Positions 1-11,963 of a stretch of 64,000 bases of DNA are shown here, piece after piece. The translations under genes and the position numbers were made by a program. The notes beneath the pieces are model-generated. The model saw only the letters and a program-made list of their open reading frames with translations. It was not told the origin of the DNA and searched no databases. Origin of the DNA: Camelus dromedarius (Eukaryota); the NCBI RefSeq assembly GCF_036321535.1, contig NC_087437.1, forward strand, positions 98,954,001-99,018,000, read 5' to 3'. Positions within the stretch are counted from its first letter, which is position 1; every line of letters begins with the position of its first letter.

Positions 1-659
1 AATCAAAGCATATCATTTTGACACATAGATGAAACAACTTTAGGCATTTAAATACCATTGGCTTCTAAAGAGGCAATGCAACCCACTAGTTATATAAATT
101 TATGATTTAATTTGGAGAATTAGAACAGCATTCTATATTTATCCCACTTGTTGCATATTATTGTGACCAATTCTTTTTAACATATTTGCATTGTCATTCT
201 TTTACTAAATGGCCTACATTCTTCATGCTGTATTTTTCATACTTGTCTACTGCTACTTTGGTCCTTTCTGGCATTAAGGATCAGTTGTCAAACATTGGAA
301 CTGAAAGGTCTTATTCACAGCCTTGCCTCTTTGGACTCCAGTATTTAACGTCACTCAGTCAGTGTTCAATTTCAGTCCAGCTGTTCATGTTTGCACATTT
401 AGGTAACTTGCTTCCAAATATTCATGACACTGTGCTATTGAAGGTCAAGTTACAGTGAAGTGAACTTTTTATATATTGTAATGTCAGAAGATGAATAGTG
501 CAGCCGTTTCTTAAGATTATGAGCTTTCCCTGGTTTCACTGAATGAAATTGGTATTTAAGCTCATATTCTCATATTCCATATACTCACGTGTGAAGTTCT
601 GTGCCAGCGTAGAGGTGGCTAGGAAGAGGTGGCCCCTGTCTTCAAGGCATGATCAAGCT

Positions 660-798
660 GTAACTGTGGTATTAGATTCACCTTGGTAGCTTTTTTAAAA
701 CTTCTGTCACTCAGTCTTGTTTGAGTTGAGGCCCAGGTATATAATATTTAAGAGCTCCTCAGATGCTTTTAACGTGCCATCAGGAGTAGAATTACTGA
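660..798. mobile_element. MER5-like hAT remnant
   Basis: Resembles the MER5A consensus (attagattcacc...gaggcccagg...ctcctcagatgctt...gaattactg). Confidence 0.5.
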
Positions 799-864
799 AC
801 TATATAGTGAGAAAATATCATGCAAATAGATTTGAAAGTGGTAGATAAGAATGTCACATGCACT

Positions 865-887
865 CACACACACACACACACACACAC
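865..887. repeat. (CA)n microsatellite
   Basis: Visible CA run. Confidence 0.95.
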
Positions 888-1794
888 GAGATTTCAGAGG
901 ATGAGGAGCTTATATCCAATTGAGAAATCAGCAATAAAGGTTTCTGAGCTTAAAGGGCTGGAAAGACTTTGGAGAGGAATACTTGACTGAGTGGAGATGC
1001 ATTTCTAGCTGGCGGACACTAATACTGAAGGAAGGCAAAGAAATGCACTTGAAAATGACCTTGTTGAACGTAGAGAGAGGAGACCAGACCCAGAAGAGAA
1101 TACTGCAAGGAATTGTGGGAAGTAAGATGAGACAGGGAACAGGGTCCCAAATTGAGAGGACTTTAAAAACTTGAATCCCACACTGCTGTCATTATAAAAT
1201 ATCTCTTAAATAGCTTGTTGTATTACTTACCTCTCCAGAAACTTAAATCCACATTCCTGTTACCCAGCGTCAGTACTAAACATTACTAAAGCTGTTGAAA
1301 TCCCTGAGCTCCATTCCCTAATCATTACTGTCCCACCCTCTGCAGAGGTGATCCTCATCCTAGATTCAGGATTTATTATTCTCAAACACTTCTTAATACT
1401 TACATATATAGGTCCTAATGTTCCTAAAAAATAGAAAATTTTCAAGTTAAAAATATACTGTAAAGTATTGAAAGGAATAAATGTGGCATAATGAAAAAGG
1501 CGTTTCAGGAAGTTGAGCCCAGCTGTGACATACAAAATGCTTTTGTGTCAACTAGAAATATTTGGGCAAGAGTATGAAAGCAGGCCTGCAGAGAAAGAAA
1601 TGGATATCAGGGAATGGGAAGGACATCCTAGTGCCTTCAATATAGACAATGAGGAAGCAGGATGAGTCAAACAAAGATGTACAGCTGTGACCCTGAGAGA
1701 TCAGAATCATGATGTGGTGTTGACAGAGTCAATGAATTGCTCAGGAAGAACTGGTTTCTGGGAGTGTAGATGTTGTTTTGTGGAATTTGGCCCT

Positions 1795-2470
1795 ATTGAC
1801 CATCCCGTCATTGATGAAGCACTCTCCTCCTGGCCTTCTACTATACCTCTCTTTTGACTTTGTTTCTTCTCCTCTCATTGTTCCTTCTCAGTCTCCCTCA
1901 TGGCCTCCATTTTGTGTCTACTTCTTTTTACAGCTCATACTTCCCTGGACAGACTCATTCATTTCCAGGGCCTTAATACACAAATGCTGATGACTTCCAA
2001 ATCTATATGGTCAGCCCCAGACCTGGGTTTCTAATTGCCTCTGGTTATCTAGCTCCACAGTCACTGTCAACGTGTCCAAAAGTAATCCTATTGCCATCCT
2101 ATTCTCTTTCTCCTTAATTTAGCCCCTTTATGACATATTCTCTCTCCTTTTACTTTAAATCTTTGCAAATAGTCCCCAAGATCTATTTTCTTACCCAAGC
2201 TAGAAAACCGAGAGCTTTCCCACACTTTTCCCTAAACATCAACTGTGCTCACTAATTAATGCCTAGTCTTGTCTCCTTAACTGTGCTTGTATTGTCCCCC
2301 TACTCAACTTTCTCTCCTGAATCTTGGGTTCATTTTATCTCTTCCCTGGCCAATTATTATATGGAAGCTTATTTCCCCAGTCCTTCTTTTGTCCAGCTCC
2401 TACTGTCTGTCTCCCATAGGATCTAATAGTGATTTCCTTAAATATAAATTGATCATTTCCTGCCCTTAAG
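1795..2470 (+). mobile_element. L2 LINE remnant including the RT catalytic motif
   Basis: 1983-2006 translates NADDFQIY (YADDxQIY-like), followed by pyrimidine-rich L2-like sequence. Confidence 0.7.
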
Positions 2471-2624
2471 TGAGAAAAAAAGAACCCATTACCTTCTGCA
2501 GAGGTTTCTCATTTTTCTCTTTGAGCCCTAATTAGGATTCTACAGAGTTGACTCAAAGGTAACCAATGATACAAAGTTAGAAGCTGAAAGGGCAGATGAC
2601 CCTTTTGGGGAGACATAAAAGAGC

Positions 2625-3718
2625 TTTGGATTTGTCTTCTAAAATAAAAGAAATAAAAGCAAAAATAAATAAGTGGGACCTAATTACATTTAAAAGCTTT
2701 TGCATAGCAAAGGATACCATCAACAAACCAAAAAGACAACTTATGTACTGGGAGAAAATATTTGCAAATGATATGACCAACAAGGGGTTAATATCCAACA
2801 TATATAACCAGCTCATACAATGCAATATAAAAACAAAACAAAACAAAACCCAAACAACCCAATTAAAAAATAGACAGAAGACCTAAATAGACATTTTTCC
2901 AAAGAAGACCTACAGATGGCTAACAGGCATATGAAAAGATGCTCAACAACATTAATTACTGTAGATATGAAAACCTAAACAATTAGATATCATCTTACAC
3001 CTGTCAGAATGGCTATCATCAAAAAGTCTACAAATAACAAAATGTTGGAGAGGATGTGAGAAAAGCGAACCCTTGTACATTGTTGGTGGGAAAGTAAATT
3101 GGTACAGCCACTATGGAAAACAGTATGGAAGTTCCTCAAAAAACTGAAAATAGAATTGCCATATGATCCAGCAATTCCACTCCTGGGTATATATCCAGAA
3201 ATATTAATTCAAAAAGATATATGCATCCCAATGTTCACAGCAGCACTATTTACAATAGCCAAGACATAGAAGCAGCCCAAATACCTATCAACGGACAAAT
3301 GAATAAAGAAATGTGTTGTGTATATATCATGAAATATTTCTTATATGCAGAGTCTAAACAATAATACAAATAAATATGTATGCAAAACAGAAACAGACTC
3401 ACAGAGAAAATAAACTTGTGGTTACCAAAGGGAGGAGGGAAGGAGGGAGGGGCAAATTAGGGGCATGAGATTAATAGATATGAACCACTGTATAGAAAAT
3501 AGTTAAGTAGCAAAGATATACTATAGAGCACAGGGACTTATACCCATTATCTTGTAATAACCTATAATGGAGTATAATCTGTAAAAATACTGAATTACTA
3601 TGCTGTGCACCTGAAACTAACACCATTGTAAATAACTATACTTAAAAATTCTTTTTAATTTGTCTTAAGGAGAAAAAAGAAATGTGGCATATATAGACAG
3701 AGATATAAATAGATAGAT

Positions 3719-3767
<49 letters not shown>

Positions 3768-4215
3768 TGAATATTACTCAGCAATGAAAAAGAATGAAAT
3801 TCTGCCTTTTCCAGCAACATGGATGGACCCAGAGAATATTATGTTTAGCAAAATAAGTCAGTCATAGAAAGACAAGTACTGTATTATATCACTGATATGT
3901 AGAATCTGAAGAATAACACAGGTGAATGTATGTGCAAAACAGAAACAGACTCACAGATATAGAAAACAAATTAGTGGTTACCAGTGGGGAGAGGGAAGGG
4001 GGAGGGACAAATTAGGGGTGTGAGATTAAGAGATATAAACTACTATGTATAAAACAAATAAGCAACAAGGATGTATTGTACAGCACAGGGAATTATAGCC
4101 ATTATCTTATAAATTTTAATGGAGTATAATCTGTAAAAATACTGAATCACTATTCCATACATCTGAAACTAATATAATATTGTAAATCAACTCTACTTCA
4201 ATAACTAAAATAAAA
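2625..4215 (+). mobile_element. L1 3' portion (ORF2 end plus 3' UTR) with a second nested L1 3' end
   Basis: ORF 2596-2886 is L1 ORF2-like ([17 protein letters not shown]...WEKIFAN). Two copies of the L1 3' UTR lie at about 3340-3660 and 3765-4215. Confidence 0.92.
3720..3765. repeat. (CA)n microsatellite inside L1
   Basis: Long perfect CA run preceded by GATA-like repeats. Confidence 0.95.
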
Positions 4216-4324
4216 TGTGATATTTTCACTATCAATATTTCATTCAAAAAAGAGAACTGGCTTCAAAAATCACAGGTGTCCTTTTCCCCCTCCTATCCTG
4301 CTGCTGAGTGATTCATTCAACAAA

Positions 4325-4535
4325 TATTGAGCACCTAGCATGTGCCAGACACTCTTCTCAGTGCATTATATATTAACTCTTTTAACTTTCACAACAATTC
4401 ATGGATGTAGGTAATATTATTCTTCTCATTTTACAAATGAGGAAACTGAGTTATATAGATGTTAAATTACTCAAGGTCACTCAGCAGGAGGTAGTCAAGA
4501 ACCAGGACTTGACCCCAGGTAATTTGACTGTAGAA
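4325..4535 (-). mobile_element. MIR SINE
   Basis: MIR core cattttacaaatgaggaaactgag and aaggtcactcagc. Confidence 0.8.
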
Positions 4536-4539
4536 TTTT

Positions 4540-4703
4540 TCTTCTCAAAGTGGGATGCATGAACTAGCAGAGTTACATCATTGGTGATATTTAAAATGCA
4601 AACTCTCTGCCCCCTTCTCAGAACTGCTCAATTAGAATTTGACTTTTTACAAGATTCCCAAACGATATGTATGTTTATTCATGTTCGAAAAGCACTGCTT
4701 TAG
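4540..4703. mobile_element. MER5A-like hAT element
   Basis: ttctcaaagtg...aaatgcaaactct...gaaaagcactgctttag. Confidence 0.7.
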
Positions 4704-5513
4704 AGCCTGAGTTTTTAACTATTATATTGCCCATATGTATCAGTGATTTGCTTCCTCTTTCTTCTCTAGACACATGGCTTGGCTCTCATTTTTATAGGCC
4801 TGCAAAAAGAAGAGCAGCAATCCCCCAAACCTTGCACTATTACATTTCACCGAAGGGGTGATAGCAAGAGGAACTAAGCATGTGATGCTGGAGGTGAGCG
4901 CCCGGCAGTGAGCTGAGCTCTCCTGAACACTCCTCCTTTTATGGCTGCTTCATCACTTGTCTTGTATCTGGCGTCTGAGACTCTCAGCAGAGTTAAGACA
5001 GGACATTAAGCGAGAACTTTCCTGGTCAGGAGAAGCATAAACCGGTTTTATCAATAGTTATCATTCCAACCAGTCTTGGTGTAGATGCAAAGGACTGAAC
5101 TTTAGTGACTTGAGCTGCCTCGTACTCACTTAATCAGAGAGGCCCAACCTTTATATGTGTATTCATTTGGATTTCCACAAGATATTTCTTAGGAAAAGGA
5201 GCTTCAATTCTAGAAGCAGTTTTAAAAATATCAAAAACAAATGATAGACAACACAAAGTCTTACGAGCTCAAATTCTGCATGGCGCAAGACTTCCCCTGA
5301 TCTTCCAGCCTTCTCAGCCCTAACCCCTGCTGCAATCTTCTGTCCCAGCCAAGCCCCAAGGCTGCCATTAGCACTCTTGAGGTTCTCAGAAGGCATTCGA
5401 TTCTTCAAACTGCTGTGCCTTTGCCTGCGCTGGTCTGCCCATTTACCTGGGGAGCACTTACATTCATTTTGAGACACGTTTTGTGTTACTGCTGCTACAG
5501 AGACAATCCTGAC

Positions 5514-5893
5514 TATCTTAGTTCTGGCTGCTGTAGCAAAGCACCGTAGACTGGGTGGCATAAACCACCCAGCGGTTTATTTGATCACAGTCCCAGAGGC
5601 TGGAAGTCCAATAGGAGGGTAACAGCATGGTTGGGTTCTGATGAGGGTCCTCCTCCGGGTTACAGACTGCTGACTTCGCTGTGTGCCCTCATGTGGTGGA
5701 AAGAGTCTGAGAGAGATCTCTAGGGTCCCTTTTACAAGGACACTAATTCATTCACAAGGATTAGTTAATTCACGAGGGCTCTGCCCTCATGACCTAATCA
5801 CTTCCCAAAGGCCTCAACCTCCTAATAATATTACATAAGGGATGAGGATTTCAATATATGGATTTTGTTGGGGGACACAAATATTCAGTTGTT
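5514..5893 (-). mobile_element. MaLR solo LTR (MLT1A-like)
   Basis: tcttagttctggctgctgtagcaaagcacc...catgacctaatcacttcccaaaggcc...gggggacacaaatattcag. Confidence 0.85.
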
Positions 5894-8800
5894 TGCATTG
5901 ATTGTTCCCATTAGAAGTGATCATGTCTGCTTTGTCGCCCTCATCATACTCATATCATTGCATCTCTATCACTGGTACTTACGTGTTTTTTCTATAGAAA
6001 TAGACAATAAGTTTTTTGACAGCAAGGACTTTTCCTTATTTACCCTTGAGCCTCAGCCAGTGCTTGACTAATGTAAATATCCTTTGAGTCTTTGAATGGA
6101 AATTTGTTTGAATGGTTATTTCCAATCTTAAGAGACAACAGGCTTTGATGAAAGAAAAATTGCATGGGTGTATATTCAGTCTGCATTAAGGCACAGTTCT
6201 GCTTGAGAAGAGTTAATGTGCCACGGATCATTTTTTTCATTCTTGTATTTTATTTTAAAGTGCTTTGGGTAAGTATACAGCATTTATAGTTTACTCAGAA
6301 CCAACATCAATAGTGCATTACAAGGTAAAGAGGTGATTTTTAAGTACTTCATAAAGTCTGAGAGGGCTCTCTAAAATCTCAAAAGAAAATTGTGAATCAA
6401 TCTTAATTAAAAAAAAATTTTTCTGAAAGTCTTTATTCTGTTGACAAAATAATTTTTCTTAATTAGGAATAATTCCATATATTCTCTGCCATAGTGTTTG
6501 CTTATTAAGAAAATAAACTTAAAAAATAAACACTTCCAATGTGTTTGCAGTATATATACATATGACATGATACTTAGCTGGGAGGAGCTGTCTTCTAGAA
6601 GCGTTATTAACAATCATTTCTAATGTAATTTCAAACAGAAGGACAATATTTCACCCATGTTACAAAAATCAATTCAAATTTTAAAACATAGGCTGAGATG
6701 CCTGAGAAAACTGATAAGCAATAAGAAAGATTTATAAATTAATTACCATTTTAAAAAATTGGGCATACATTTGTGTTTGGACGTATGTCAGTAAAAGGGG
6801 ATGCCTGGCAGCACACGGATATTGCAGAAAACTATCACTACATTTACAAAATGAAGAGTCTGAGTTAAGGCAATAAATTAATGCAGACCAGACCACTTAT
6901 ACCCTGCAGTTAGCATAGACTTGAAGTGAAACTTTGAGATTGTTAAAATTCTTTTTTAATTGTGCTGAAATAGGAAAAATCTATTTCTAGCTTGGTAATT
7001 TATTCATATTCATTCTATGACTCACATTTATGATTAAATTTGGGCACTGGCTGGATATTCATCTAGATATAAAGAAAAGGAAAAAAAACCCTGTTTATCA
7101 CCTTAAGAATATAATTAGTAAGAAAGAAATTAAGATGTGAAAAAATGAGCAACTATTAGTATGCCATTTTATCCAAAATATGAAAGGCAACTACTTAACT
7201 TCGTAAAACCAATACATCTTGTTTGTGTCACAAAATATAGGGAAAATATATTCTTTTCAAATGCCAACTTTATATTCAGGAAAGACTAGAAACCAAAAAA
7301 CAAAACCAAAATTCTGAAAAATCTTTTTACCTCCAAAAAAAGAAGACAGTAATTTCCAACTATGTACATATCACTTGCATTCCACAACTATACGGTCCAC
7401 GAGAATAAGGAAATATACTGTTTTTATTCAGTTGAATTGAGAAACAAGAATATGTAAAATTCCCTAGATTTTTAGTTATTAATATACAATGTATATATGT
7501 TATTTTTTGGCTTTGAGGATGTCCCATTTTATCATTAAGTTTTCTTTTTCTCAATTGTTCCTAAAGAGAATATCAATATTGAAGCTCAGAAACCAATTCT
7601 AATTTGTTTTAGTGCCTGTCTAGTATTAGGGAGGTTTTCTGTTTAATATTTAAACACATTAATAAATATTTAAACAGCAAAGTACTTGTGCTGGGTAAAT
7701 TAACTAAAGTAAGATGGAAACTATTTTACTGTTCCCATGTTACTAACCTTAGGCTGGTACTTCTCAGATATGAGGCTTTTTGATGTGTGTGTGCGTGTGT
7801 GTGTGTAATCACTTTCACTCTATTCAGTATAATTTCTGCATTAATTTTGGGCAAAGTTGAACAAGCAATGAAACTTGTTGGAGATTGAAATAACTCTTCG
7901 TATACATTTATGTAGCTCTATACTTTGAACAAAAGGAACATCTCAAGAGGGAAGTAAAATTCTTTTCAGAGCCAAATTCTTAGCCATTAAGATAAGCCTG
8001 CTTTTATTTTTCTTTTGCTTATCTTTGATAATATGTTAGTATCTTACCCTTAAGCATACAGGTTAGAGTCCTTAGAGTATAAATGTTTACAAACAGAGTA
8101 CTTTGAAATTCCATTAACTGTCTTCATGATAAATATCAAAAGTAGAAGTAATAAGACGGCTAGAATTTTATGAGGAATAGATGTTTCCTGTATCCTTTAG
8201 GACAAAGGTCCCAGTGCGCTAGTAAGTCTCATAAGAACTCTGTATTTTAAATGACAAAAAAAGAGTTGCAAACTTTGATTGGCAGGTAAATTTGGGTGGG
8301 TAGATAAGAATAAAAAGAATGTGGATTAGTTGGGCTCTTTTATCCATGTGGTTCTAGCACAGAACTGCCCCCACAGAATATCAGAAGAGCATCATGTACA
8401 TTGAAGATTTTTATCAGGGTCTTCAAACCATTGAAATGCTTTGAGAGTATGTTTTTTTAAAGACATAAAGTCATCTCCAATATATATTATGAAAGGGAAA
8501 AAAGTAAGGTAGAAAATAGAGTGTAAGCAATGAGTTTTTTCCCTCCAGTTTTGTATAAGCACAAAGTATAGAAAAGAAACTGCAAGAACAGTTGTCCCCA
8601 CAGAAGAAAACAAGGGGATTGGATGAAATAAATATTTTAATCTATGTATCCTTTTGAACTTTAAAATTTGGTTATATGCACGTATATCTATTAAACATCT
8701 GCACAGAAGCTAGATACCCAGCCCTCCCGATTCAGAATCTCTGAGGTCTGGCTGGGGTATCTGAATTTGTGTAAGTTACAGTTCTCATTTGGCACTTACT

Positions 8801-9087
8801 GCCTTATGAGAAACTTACATAAGACTCTAACTTTTATCCCCTGAACCAGAAGAGCACATGAGGTGGGAGTGGGGGAATCTTATGCTTCCCGTTGACAAGG
8901 GAAGTACAGAAATATAACTGACAAGGGTAGTACAGAAATATAACTGCCTTTCTTCTGTTACCTTCCAGTATGATGAGGGAGCATTTTGGAAATACATTTT
9001 AATGTAATAGGATTTTGAGGTCATTAACATTTTTATTTTACAGGGCTAAATATCAGTAAATGCCAACAATGTGATATTCTTGCTAAT

Positions 9088-10035
9088 TTTTATTTTTTGA
9101 AGACCATAATAATGAATTAACTGAATCTTAGATATCGGCAAGGGCAAACTGTGAAGGCCAAAATTAAGACTGTAGGCCTTGGGCTTGTGTGGTTATCAGA
9201 GACAGAAGTGACGTTACATTACAGAGAGGTTCGTGTGTTAGATGTCGGGCAGCTCCATGGTTCTCTGCCTTCTCTTCTATTGGTATGTTCCTAGCAGGAT
9301 GTGCTTGCTCAGGTCATACAGAGCATCCATGAAGATCTGTTATCTTGCCATATTCTTCTTTTGGACAGTGTTGCAAGTCAGGCCCCTTCCAGCCTCCAGG
9401 CAACCTCAGATCGCTGACCAGTACTTTGACGGGTATTTTTCAAAACTTCCCAGGGTCTATTATTGTCATGCACCCTTAGTATTATCTTCTTGTTTCACTA
9501 ATCAACCCCTTAGGAAGTAGGAGGTTGGTCCTCATGAAGGATGATCCAGGATGCCGAGAAAGAAGCTTCAAAGGCTCACCGTCCCCACAACAGTGTACTG
9601 CACCTTCCTGAGAGCAAGTTGCAGATAGTATCTGATGGGATCAGTGGCCACCTTCATCCTCTCATGTGGGAGCAAAATAGAAGCAATCAACTGGGCCTTT
9701 CCTAGACCATTCTGAGTAGATGATTTTAAAAGTCACAGCAAACTTGTAGCTCTCATTAAGGCGACAAGGACTCTCCCATCTCTTTCTGGTATTAGCCAGA
9801 TGTCGTCTGAATATATTATTGATAAGAACTGCATGATGGAATTAGAAGGTCACTCCATTCCTCATTGCATACATGTAGAAACTCATTAATATCAAGTTGA
9901 GATTGTGCTCAATCTTTTCTCTAAATTATGGGAAGAAACTATCTCTAGAAAGGAACATGTGCATGGATATCGGGAAACGTGGGGGCCCGGGAAAAAAGGA
10001 TAAACACATTAGCTCTAAAAGAGAAGAAGTGTTGT
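9088..10035 (-). pseudogene. Candidate endogenous bornavirus-like element (P?-M-G-L remnants)
   Basis: Minus-strand translation gives KVATDPIRYYLQLALRKVQ (vs remembered BoDV-1 M SVYKDPIRKYMFLRLNKDQ), GLTCNT (vs G GLSCNT) and DLSKHILLGT (vs L DQSLKNPLLGT), in viral gene order. A-rich tail at 9087-9098 and a shared TTGCTAAT at both flanks. Many stops and frameshifts. Confidence 0.7.
9502..9886 (-). pseudogene. Bornavirus matrix (M)-like degenerate ORF
   Basis: Candidate ATG at 9886. Blocks DLLIP, KFAVTFKIIYSEWSRKGPVDCFYF (9745-9674) and DPIRYYLQLALRKVQ (9642-9598) align colinearly with remembered BoDV-1 M (DKVIVP; KLTDYFTIDVEPAGHSLVNIYF; DPIRKYMFLRLNKDQ), with frameshifts. Confidence 0.68.
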
Positions 10036-10149
10036 TGAATCATTGCTAATCTGAATGCTTGTCAATGCAAGTTGGTTAGAAGACATGTCCTTGTCTATCT
10101 TTTCTTTAAACTATAAATTCAATAAAAACAGAAACGTTTTTGAGTTTAA

Positions 10150-11150
10150 CTTTTTTGTAATTAAGTATAGTCAGTTTACAATGTTGTGTCAATTTCTGGT
10201 GTACAGCAAAATGTTGCAGTCATACATACACATACATATATTCATTTTCATATTCTTTTTATTATGTTACTACAAAATATTGAATATAGCTCTGTGCTAT
10301 ACAGAAGAAACGTATTGTTTATCTCTTTTATATGTAGTAGTTAGTATCTGCAAATCTTGAATTCCCAATTTATCTTTCCCACAACTTTTCCCCTGGTAAC
10401 CATAAGTTTGTTTTGTATGTCTGTGAGTCTGCTTCTGTTTTGTAAATAAGTTCATTTGTATCTTTTTTTATTTTAGATTCCACATGTGAGTAATGTCATG
10501 TGGTATTTTTCGTTCTCTTTCTGGCTTACTTCACTTAGAATGATAGCCTCCAGTTCCGTCCATGTTGCTGCAAATGGCATTATTTTATTATTTTTTATTG
10601 CTGAGTAGTATTCCATTGTATAAATATACCACAGTTTCTTTATCCAGTCATATGCCAATAGACATTTAGGTTACTTCCATGTCTTGGCTTTGTAAATAGT
10701 GCTGCTATGAACATTAGGGTGCATGTATCTTTTCAAATTAGAGTTCCCTCCAGACATATGCCCAGGAGTGGGATTGCTGGATGATATGGTAAGCCCATTT
10801 TTAGTTTTTTGAGGAATCTCTATACTGTTTTCCATAATGGCTGCACGAAACTACACCCACACCAATGGTGTAGGAGTGTTCCTTTTTTTCCACACCCTCT
10901 CCAGCATTTATCATTTGTGGACTTTTTAATGATGGCCATTCTCCCTGGTATGAGGTGATAACTCATTGCAGTTTTGATTTGAATTTCTCTAACAATTAGT
11001 GATATTGAGCATTTTTTCATGTGTCTATTGACCATTTGTATGTTTTCCTGGAGAATTGCTTATTTAGGTCTTTTGCCCATTTTTGGATTGAGCTGTTTGG
11101 TTTTTTTTGTTGTTGTTGTTAAGTTATATGAGCTGTTTATATATTTTGTA
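10150..11150 (-). mobile_element. L1 3' portion (antisense)
   Basis: ORFs 10473-10658 and 10820-11035 are L1 ORF2 C-terminal remnants (WIKKLWYIYTMEYYSAIK). T-rich tail at the left end. Confidence 0.93.
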
Positions 11151-11383
11151 TTCTCCTGGGATTCCTGGGACTAGAATGTATACCACAAAGCTTTGTTGAG
11201 TAGAACCAAAAATGTCTCTGATCTTTTCTTGAGCAATGAGTTTAACACTTGATTCCTGCAAGTGAATGAAGTCCTCAATTCTAGTGCAAGTGCTGGCTGA
11301 TCATTTGAGTGACTTCCCTCTCTGTTTGTCACTTGCTCGACTTTTTCTTCTTCACACATTTATGACTGAAGATACTGCCAAGC

Positions 11384-11963
11384 TGTGGCAGGCAGAATTC
11401 TGAGATGACCCCTAATGACCCTCCCTCTTGTATAATCCCCTCCCCTTGAGTGTGGGTGGGACCTGGAGCTTGCTACTAACCAACAGAATATGGCTAATGT
11501 TTTGAAATATCACTCCTGAGATTGTGTTACATGGAAAAGGTAAAGGGATTTCACAGATACAATTAAGGTCTCTAATCAACTGGCTTTAAGTTAATCAAAA
11601 GGGGGATTATCTGAGTGAGCCTGACCTAATCCCACAAGGCTTGTTAAAGAGGATTGGAGACTCTCTTTCCTTTTGGCCTTGAAGAGGAAAACTGCTGTGA
11701 CTTTTACAGCTGCAAGGAAATGCATTGTGCCAACAGCCACAAAAGCTTGGAAGAGTACCCCAGGCCCAGATAAGACCCAAGTCTTGGTGACTTCTTGATT
11801 GCAGCTGTGGGAGACTCTGAGCAGAGGGCCCAGAGAAGCTCGGCCTGGACCCCTCACTTATGGAAAATATGAGAGTTATTTTAAAAATCACTTTTAAAAA
11901 GAGAGTTATTTTAAGCCACTGAGTTTGTGGTAATTTATTATGCAGCATAGAAAATGAATACAC
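11384..11963 (+). mobile_element. MaLR solo LTR (MLT1E/F-like)
   Basis: TG...CA ends: tgtggcaggcagaattctgagatgacccc...ttttaagccactgagtttgtggtaatt...gaataca. Confidence 0.85.

Noticed and set aside
2577..2886. ORFs of 89-96 aa
   Set aside because: L1 ORF2 remnant and its antisense.
5163..5561. 132-aa minus-strand ORF
   Set aside because: It starts inside an MLT1 LTR, resembles no protein I recognise, and has no splice support.
8893..8946. Short direct repeats as a possible CRISPR-like array
   Set aside because: Only two adjacent copies, no spacers, and a eukaryotic context.
9242..9520. 92-aa plus-strand ORF
   Set aside because: It is the antisense shadow of the decayed minus-strand element, with no independent evidence of a gene.
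9500..9830. Alternative idea that the decayed ORF is a host processed pseudogene (loose resemblance to ARPC2 or MRPS25)
   Set aside because: The matches were scattered and weaker than the colinear bornavirus M/G/L motifs, but this is not formally excluded without a search.
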